A DNA stretch of 41,267 nt. It comes from a virus. Its lineage: Duplodnaviria; Caudoviricetes. This document shows positions 35,956 through 41,267 of this stretch, piece after piece. The notes under the pieces were generated by a model. The model was not told the origin of the DNA. It did not search any database and was given only the letters and a program-made list of their open reading frames with translations. Position 1 is the first letter of the stretch, and the number at the start of each line of letters is the position of its first letter. The translations under genes were made by a program, and so were the position numbers. The DNA is taken from the IMG/VR virus record IMGVR_UViG_3300008107_000259, positions 1 to 41,267 of that record; one strand, given 5' to 3'.

Positions 35956-37641
35956 ATGGCACTTACACCTCCAAAGGTGGCCGATCTATTCAGTGATGCA
36001 ACTCCAAAGGAAGCGGCAGAACGCTTTGAGGAATTCTCTAGTGAACTCACTAAGTCTCTCTCACATGCTTCTCATGTTCCAGGACAAGCACCACAAGCAG
36101 ATCCACTCTCAGCACTTGAAGCACTAGCGGCTAACAAGTCATTAACAGGAGACGCGGCGGCAGGACTTAACACTGCTCTAGCGGCTCAGCGCATGGCAAT
36201 GCAGGACATTCAGAAGGAAATCACAACTACTTCTCCATTGTCCACATCATTTGCGGCGTTTGACCTTGAAGCACCTGCGAAGTTGCTTACACCACGCCCA
36301 ACTCCACTCCGTAACCGTATTCCCCGTAAAAAGGGTGTTGGTACTTCACACCGTGTAAAGCGTATTCTTGGTTACACAGGTACAGGTACAGGCGGACAAG
36401 GACAGATTTGGCCTGGTATTACAGAAACTACTCAGAACAACTTTGCACCAGGAGCATCTAACCCGTTCTACTTAGAGCGCGGCCCACAGATCTCCTATAC
36501 CGCAGATGATCTGATCTTGCCTTACAACTCATACTCACTATCTGATCAGGTTTCATTTGATGCAAACTTCTCAGGTATGGGCTATGAGGATCTACGCCAG
36601 TTGTCATCAACTTCTACTCTTTACGCAACAATGCTTATGGAAGAACGCATGATGCTAATGGCTCGCGGAACAGCATCAGGGTACTCAGGTACTCTCGCCG
36701 CTCCAACATTTACACTTGCTTCACCTGTTGCCTCAGGGTCACAGACAGCACTTGCTAACACAACTTACTATGTGAATGTCACAACTGACGCAGGTATTTC
36801 TGCGAACGGTTTTGGTGAGTCAATTCTTGGTACAGAGGCAAACACAGCCGTTGCATCAGGTGATGTTCTAACAGTCACCGTTACAACTCCTGTTGTTGGC
36901 GCACTTGGTTACAACATCTATGTTGGAACAGCAACAGGTGCGGCTAACCTCACATACCAGGGAACACTCAAGGGAACTGGCACATTCACAATCCAGGGCG
37001 CAACTGCATCAGGTTTAACTGGTAACAACGCGGCCTACACAACAACTGGTGCGGCGGCTTCACGCGCAACATCAAACACATCTGCTTACGCAACTGGTTA
37101 TGACGGAATTCTTCCTACAGTTCTAGGCCCTAACACTGGCTTCAACAACGCAATCAACAGCACATTCTCAACATCTAACCCAGGTGCAGAATTCCAGACT
37201 GTTTTTGCTAACTTGTACCAGAATGTAAAGGCTGATCCTGATGTTGTATTGATGAACGGAAATGATCGCAAGCAACTCTCTGATGCAATCAAGAGCGGCT
37301 CAACAGCGAACTACCGTTTGGTTATCAACAACCCAGGTGAGAGCGGTACAACATACGGCTCAATTGTTACAGGACTTCAGAACGAAGTTACAGGTAAGGC
37401 AGTGGATCTTATGGTTCACCCGTGGTTGAACTCAGGTGTTGCACCTGTTCTTTCATGGACACTACCAATTCCTGATACACAGGTTTCTGATGTATGGGCG
37501 AACTTCTTGGTACAGGACTACATGGGTATCCAGTGGCCAGTAACACAGTTCACTTATGACTTCTCAACCTACTTCCGCGGAACATTCTTCTGCACCGCTC
37601 CTGCATGGAATGGCGCAGTTTCAGGTATCGTTTCAGCGTAA
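35956..37641 (+). CDS. Major capsid protein with Ig/Fn3-like insertion
   Basis: Follows the protease; strong SD GAAAGGA; TPLRNRIPR motif; followed by a strong hairpin. Confidence 0.85.
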   Translation: MALTPPKVADLFSDATPKEAAERFEEFSSELTKSLSHASHVPGQAPQADPLSALEALAANKSLTGDAAAGLNTALAAQRMAMQDIQKEITTTSPLSTSFAAFDLEAPAKLLTPRPTPLRNRIPRKKGVGTSHRVKRILGYTGTGTGGQGQIWPGITETTQNNFAPGASNPFYLERGPQISYTADDLILPYNSYSLSDQVSFDANFSGMGYEDLRQLSSTSTLYATMLMEERMMLMARGTASGYSGTLAAPTFTLASPVASGSQTALANTTYYVNVTTDAGISANGFGESILGTEANTAVASGDVLTVTVTTPVVGALGYNIYVGTATGAANLTYQGTLKGTGTFTIQGATASGLTGNNAAYTTTGAAASRATSNTSAYATGYDGILPTVLGPNTGFNNAINSTFSTSNPGAEFQTVFANLYQNVKADPDVVLMNGNDRKQLSDAIKSGSTANYRLVINNPGESGTTYGSIVTGLQNEVTGKAVDLMVHPWLNSGVAPVLSWTLPIPDTQVSDVWANFLVQDYMGIQWPVTQFTYDFSTYFRGTFFCTAPAWNGAVSGIVSA

Positions 37642-37657
37642 GTTAAAACTTAATAAC

Positions 37658-37698
37658 GGGAGGGGCGCGGCACATTTGAAAAGCCGCGCCCCTTTCCC
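37658..37698 (+). terminator. GC-rich hairpin after the capsid gene
   Basis: AGGGGCGCGGC/GCCGCGCCCCT 11-bp stem; weak U tract. Confidence 0.65.
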
Positions 37699-37716
37699 AA
37701 TTTACTAGGAGGCAAA

Positions 37717-37992
37717 ATGGCAAGATGGGTAGCACCTGATAAGGGTGTAAAAGAAACTGTTATTGGCGGTCAAAGTTATTACACAGATCGCCAGGGTATT
37801 TACAATGTAGAAAACAAGGCACACCAACGGGCTATGAAGGCTGAAGGTTTTTTTGAAGCGTCATTAAATCCGATTTCTGCTCAAGACCGCATGCGCGGAT
37901 TTACTTGCGTAGAATGTGGGTTTGATGGCTGGTTTCGCAAGTGTGGGCGTTGCGGATACGAGTCACAAGACATACCGCGAGATGGAGAATAA
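37717..37992 (+). CDS. Zinc-ribbon protein in the head-tail region
   Basis: SD AGGAGG; CVECG...CGRCG. Confidence 0.7.
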   Translation: MARWVAPDKGVKETVIGGQSYYTDRQGIYNVENKAHQRAMKAEGFFEASLNPISAQDRMRGFTCVECGFDGWFRKCGRCGYESQDIPRDGE

Positions 37993-37994
37993 CA

Positions 37995-38888
37995 ATGGCT
38001 GTTGGTATCACGCCTGACATTAGTAATGAAAATTCTTATTTAAGTGTTGCAGAATACAAGCAAGCACCAACGGCCTTGAGCCTTAGCACCCTTGTTGTGG
38101 GTGGTAATCAAAACGCACAAGACGCTGAATTGGCTTCTGTAATTTTGCGCGCTTCTTCATACATGAATGAGTACCTCAACCAAAATCTTGTGGCCACTGA
38201 GTACACAGAAACACAGCGCATACGGTATTCAGCATCAGGCGGCTATTACGCTTTACACCCTTACAACGCGCCAGTTATTTCTCTTTCATCATTTGAGTAT
38301 GGATCAGATCCAAACCAGTTGTACGCATTGGGTGATTGCTCAACAGCATGGTTTGAAGGGCAACAAATCATTATCCCTGGCAATCAAATTGGTTGGAATT
38401 GGACTTCTCAAGGGCCTTTGGGATTTGGTGGGCCAACAGGTCAGAGCAATTACACATTTACTAAATACACCTACATTGCAGGTTATGCGAACACAATAAA
38501 CACAGTAAATACAATTGTGGGCGCTACATCAATTACGGTTGAAGATCCAACTGGTATTTTGCCAGGAGAGCAATACCGCATTTTTGATGGCGCTAATACT
38601 GAGCGCGTTACCGTAAGCAGTAACTACACATACGGAAGCAGTACCGTAACTTTGCAATCTCCTATGCTTTATGCACACTTAACGGGGGCAACATTTAGCA
38701 ATCTTCCAAACGCAATCAAGGAAGCCTGTATTTTAATTACAAGCGCTTTCATTAAAATGCGTGGTGATAGTTCAACAACTATGGCTTACACAACTAGCCC
38801 ATCAGGTAACATTCCTGGTTCTGTTCGCTATGGTAATGACATAGCCGTTGCCTTAGACATGGTAAATAAATACCGCAGGATACGCTAA
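37995..38888 (+). CDS. Head-to-tail adaptor
   Basis: YLSVAEYK, ILRAS, LPNAIKEACIL and terminal YRR motifs typical of SPP1 gp15-like adaptors. Confidence 0.7.
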   Translation: MAVGITPDISNENSYLSVAEYKQAPTALSLSTLVVGGNQNAQDAELASVILRASSYMNEYLNQNLVATEYTETQRIRYSASGGYYALHPYNAPVISLSSFEYGSDPNQLYALGDCSTAWFEGQQIIIPGNQIGWNWTSQGPLGFGGPTGQSNYTFTKYTYIAGYANTINTVNTIVGATSITVEDPTGILPGEQYRIFDGANTERVTVSSNYTYGSSTVTLQSPMLYAHLTGATFSNLPNAIKEACILITSAFIKMRGDSSTTMAYTTSPSGNIPGSVRYGNDIAVALDMVNKYRRIR

Positions 38889-39391
38889 TGAGTACCCCTA
38901 TCCTTACAGGCCGCGCCGCTGTACGCGATACACTTTCACGCTTTCTTTTTAATCCTCCTATTGAAAATGTCAATCAGGTATTTACTTCTTTTCCTAAAAT
39001 TATTAATTATGAGGTAAATGCACAACCTGGCCAAATGACTAGAAGCGTTCTTGTTATTTACATTGCTGATGAGTATGAAACCCGTTTGGCTATTGGCGGG
39101 GCAACTGATGGTTGGAAACGAATTGATTACACCGTAATTGTTCAAATCTTTTGCATTTCATTTCACCGCAATTCTGAATACGCTATGGCTGATTTTGATG
39201 CAGTGGTTGATTGTGTAAAAGACCGTTTGCGCTCTGATCATAACTTTGGCGATCCTTCAGGAAATCTTGTTTGGCAAGGTGCAGAGCCAGTTATTCAAGC
39301 CCGTTATGGAGAGCCTTCTACTGAAAAAGAAGGCGTTACAGAAATCTTTGCTGAGATACAATTTCCCGTAACACAGATGATCCAAGCATAA
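38888..39391 (+). CDS. Tail terminator-like protein
   Basis: Position before the tail tube gene; RLRSD..FG motif. Confidence 0.55.
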   Translation: MSTPILTGRAAVRDTLSRFLFNPPIENVNQVFTSFPKIINYEVNAQPGQMTRSVLVIYIADEYETRLAIGGATDGWKRIDYTVIVQIFCISFHRNSEYAMADFDAVVDCVKDRLRSDHNFGDPSGNLVWQGAEPVIQARYGEPSTEKEGVTEIFAEIQFPVTQMIQA

Positions 39392-39396
39392 GGAGC

Positions 39397-39531
39397 ATGA
39401 TGAAGTATAAATACAATGGAACAGAAGAACGCGTGTTCCCTAGCATTGGGATCACTGTAAAACCTGGTGACGAATTTGACGCACCTGAAGGATTTGATGC
39501 TGCCGCGTCAGACAAGAAACTAGGAGAGTGA
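39397..39531 (+). CDS. 44-aa protein (not in ORF track)
   Basis: SD AAGGAG; YNGTEERVFPSIGITVKPGDEFDAP; fills the gap before the tail tube gene. Confidence 0.65.
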   Translation: MMKYKYNGTEERVFPSIGITVKPGDEFDAPEGFDAAASDKKLGE

Positions 39532-39535
39532 CCAC

Positions 39536-40522
39536 ATGGCTGTTCAACAGTCCGTACGCTCGTATCTCGGCATTGCTAAAGAAGTAACCCGCGGTACGGC
39601 AGTAGCACCAACAGATTTCATTCCAGTAATGAAAGACAGCCTCAAGCCAGTGGACATTGTTGATCCACTTTATGACACAGGTTTGCGCGGCTCAAATGCT
39701 TTGAATTACAACTACATTCAAGGCCGTACCCGTTCAACAGTAGATTTTGGTGGAGCAGTATTTGCAGACACCGTTGGATACGCCATTGCAGGCGTTCTAG
39801 GCTCTGTTGCAACAACTGGCGCATCTGCACCATACACACACACAATCTCATTGTTTAACAGCCTTGCATCAGGCGGAGATGTACAGCCAATCTCATACAC
39901 ATTGACTGACTTCTATGCTGTTGATGTTCGCTCATACCCTGGTTGCCAATTCTCTGACTTCTCATTGAAGTTTAATGCAGACGGCATGCTTGAGTATGAT
40001 GCAAAATCAACTGGTTTCCAATCAGAAACAGTTTCAGATCCAACACCTACATTCTCAACAGTTCTACCTACACCAGTGTGGCGCGGTACTGTTTCAATTG
40101 GTGGATCTGCCGTTTCAACAGCCATGACTGGCAACATTGACATGAAACGCCCTGCAACACCTATCTATGGCATCTCAAACACACAAGATCCATACCAGGT
40201 ATTTTTAGGGCCTTTGGAAGTAACAGGCAAGATTACATTTGTCATGGACAATGATGATCAGTTGGTTAATTTCCTATCAAATACACAGCCTGCACTTGTA
40301 TTTAACTGGGCCTATGGTTCAGGCGCAACTGAAGTTCAGATCCAGGCAACTCTTACTAAGGGCGCTTACACCACTGGTGTGATTGAACGCGGTGAAGATT
40401 TTGTACAGGTATCTGTTGATTTCAATGCTCAATCAAACACAACTGATGATGGCGCTTCAGGCGGATTTGCACCTATCAAATGGGTACTAAAGAACGCAAA
40501 GCCATCAGGCACATACGCATAA
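39536..40522 (+). CDS. Major tail (tube) protein
   Basis: YLGIAKEVTRG N-terminus, beta-rich; precedes the frameshifted chaperones. Confidence 0.85.
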   Translation: MAVQQSVRSYLGIAKEVTRGTAVAPTDFIPVMKDSLKPVDIVDPLYDTGLRGSNALNYNYIQGRTRSTVDFGGAVFADTVGYAIAGVLGSVATTGASAPYTHTISLFNSLASGGDVQPISYTLTDFYAVDVRSYPGCQFSDFSLKFNADGMLEYDAKSTGFQSETVSDPTPTFSTVLPTPVWRGTVSIGGSAVSTAMTGNIDMKRPATPIYGISNTQDPYQVFLGPLEVTGKITFVMDNDDQLVNFLSNTQPALVFNWAYGSGATEVQIQATLTKGAYTTGVIERGEDFVQVSVDFNAQSNTTDDGASGGFAPIKWVLKNAKPSGTYA

Positions 40523-40530
40523 AGTAGATC

Positions 40531-40628
40531 AGGGCGGCGGTGTGGTTGAGGGCGATTGCCTTCCCGCTCTCCCACACCGCTTGCTCCTTTTAGGTATCAT
40601 TTAGGAAGGCAAACCAAACAGGAGGCAA
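40531..40628 (+). other. Long hairpin whose loop is complementary to downstream sequence (terminator or structured leader)
   Basis: About 20-bp stem across 40532-40586; loop TTGCCTTCC is the reverse complement of GGAAGGCAA at 40604-40612. Confidence 0.6.
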
Positions 40629-40629
40629 C

Positions 40630-40986
40630 ATGTCTAAAGAAGTAACGCTCCCATCAGGAGCAAAAGTAACTCTCAAAGATCCATCAACCCTGCGCGTAAA
40701 AGATCGCAAAAATGTTATGCGCAGTGCAGACAATGCAGTTGGTGGAGATCTTACAAAAGCGCTTGCATTAGGTGATGCGCTTATTGCCATGCTTGTAGAG
40801 TCATGGACATTTGATTTAATTCCACCATCAGTCAAACTTGAGTCATTAGATGAATTAACAATGGCTGATTATGATGCTTTGGTAGAACATACAAAAGACG
40901 CGCAAAAGTATCTGTTCCCTAACCTGGCTGAAACGCCACAGACAGAGGCAGACCCAAAAGCAATTGGCGAGAACTCCAACGCCTAA
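40630..40986 (+). CDS. Tail assembly chaperone, second allele
   Basis: Three amino acid differences from 58-414. Confidence 0.8.
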   Translation: MSKEVTLPSGAKVTLKDPSTLRVKDRKNVMRSADNAVGGDLTKALALGDALIAMLVESWTFDLIPPSVKLESLDELTMADYDALVEHTKDAQKYLFPNLAETPQTEADPKAIGENSNA

Positions 40987-41183
40987 AATGGTTACTCAAG
41001 GGTGGGGAAAGGCATGAATACTTTTCCTTTCCTGATGAGCATTGGTATTACTACCAAATGGCAGAGCGGTTTGGTTGGACACCTGAACAGGTAGATAACT
41101 TGCCCGCTAGTACGGCAGATTGGTTGATAGCAATTGCTAGAACCGTAGATGAGGTGAAAACAGAAAGGTTACAAGATGGCTGA
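40953..41183 (+). CDS. -1 frameshift extension, second allele
   Basis: CCCAAAA conserved at 40953-40959; -1 frame open. Confidence 0.75.
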   Translation, partial: PKSNWRELQRLKWLLKGGERHEYFSFPDEHWYYYQMAERFGWTPEQVDNLPASTADWLIAIARTVDEVKTERLQDG

Positions 41184-41267
41184 AATTGTTATCAAAAACC
41201 TTAAAGAAGTTCTTGCCGCAATTGATGGATCTGCGACAAAGATAGAACAAGGCGCACAAATAGGAAT
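41176..41267 (+). CDS. HK97 gp10-like protein, second allele (truncated by window end)
   Basis: MAEIVIKNLKEVLAAIDG..., homologous to 604-695. Confidence 0.75.
   Translation, partial: MAEIVIKNLKEVLAAIDGSATKIEQGAQIG

Larger units (their letters stand above)
40573..41267. repeat. Terminal overlap, copy 2
   Basis: Diverged copy of 1-695. Confidence 0.95.

Noticed and set aside
39490-39510. Possible small deletion in the 44-aa ORF at a rare GCTGC site
   Set aside because: Cannot be supported without homolog alignment; the frame is intact and another GCTGC occurs near 7109.

Overview
The window is an apparently complete, circularly permuted genome of a tailed dsDNA siphovirus with a unit length of about 40,572 bp. 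Positions 1-695 recur at 40573-41267, but only about 92% identically by manual count, so the contig probably joins two related strains. A WhiB gene, a secreted SLT transglycosylase, a ReqiPepy6-type tail protein and leaderless promoters point to an actinobacterial host, probably freshwater (inference). Gene order on the + strand: tail chaperones with a -1 frameshift, tape measure and tail tip/fibre genes, lysis, a metallophosphoesterase cluster, recombination/replication genes with WhiB, small early genes, terminases, a large collagen-fibre module, a reverse-strand propeller/TPR/FkbM cassette, portal, MuF with toxin-like domains, an ADP-ribosyltransferase-like protein, a protease polyprotein, capsid, neck and tail tube. 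I saw no integrase, DNA polymerase, DNA methyltransferase, tRNA, CRISPR array or reverse transcriptase. The most notable observations are: (1) a candidate virion glycosylation and methylation system next to a nearly proline-free collagen of about 246 triplets; (2) a candidate capsid-cargo system in which head proteins and effectors share I-[EQ]-K motifs; (3) apparent genome-wide absence of ATAT and several other 4-bp palindromes; (4) a perfect CRP box upstream of a consensus early promoter; (5) a pseudoknot-capable RNA upstream of the tail chaperone. All family assignments come from motif recognition by eye, not from database searches.
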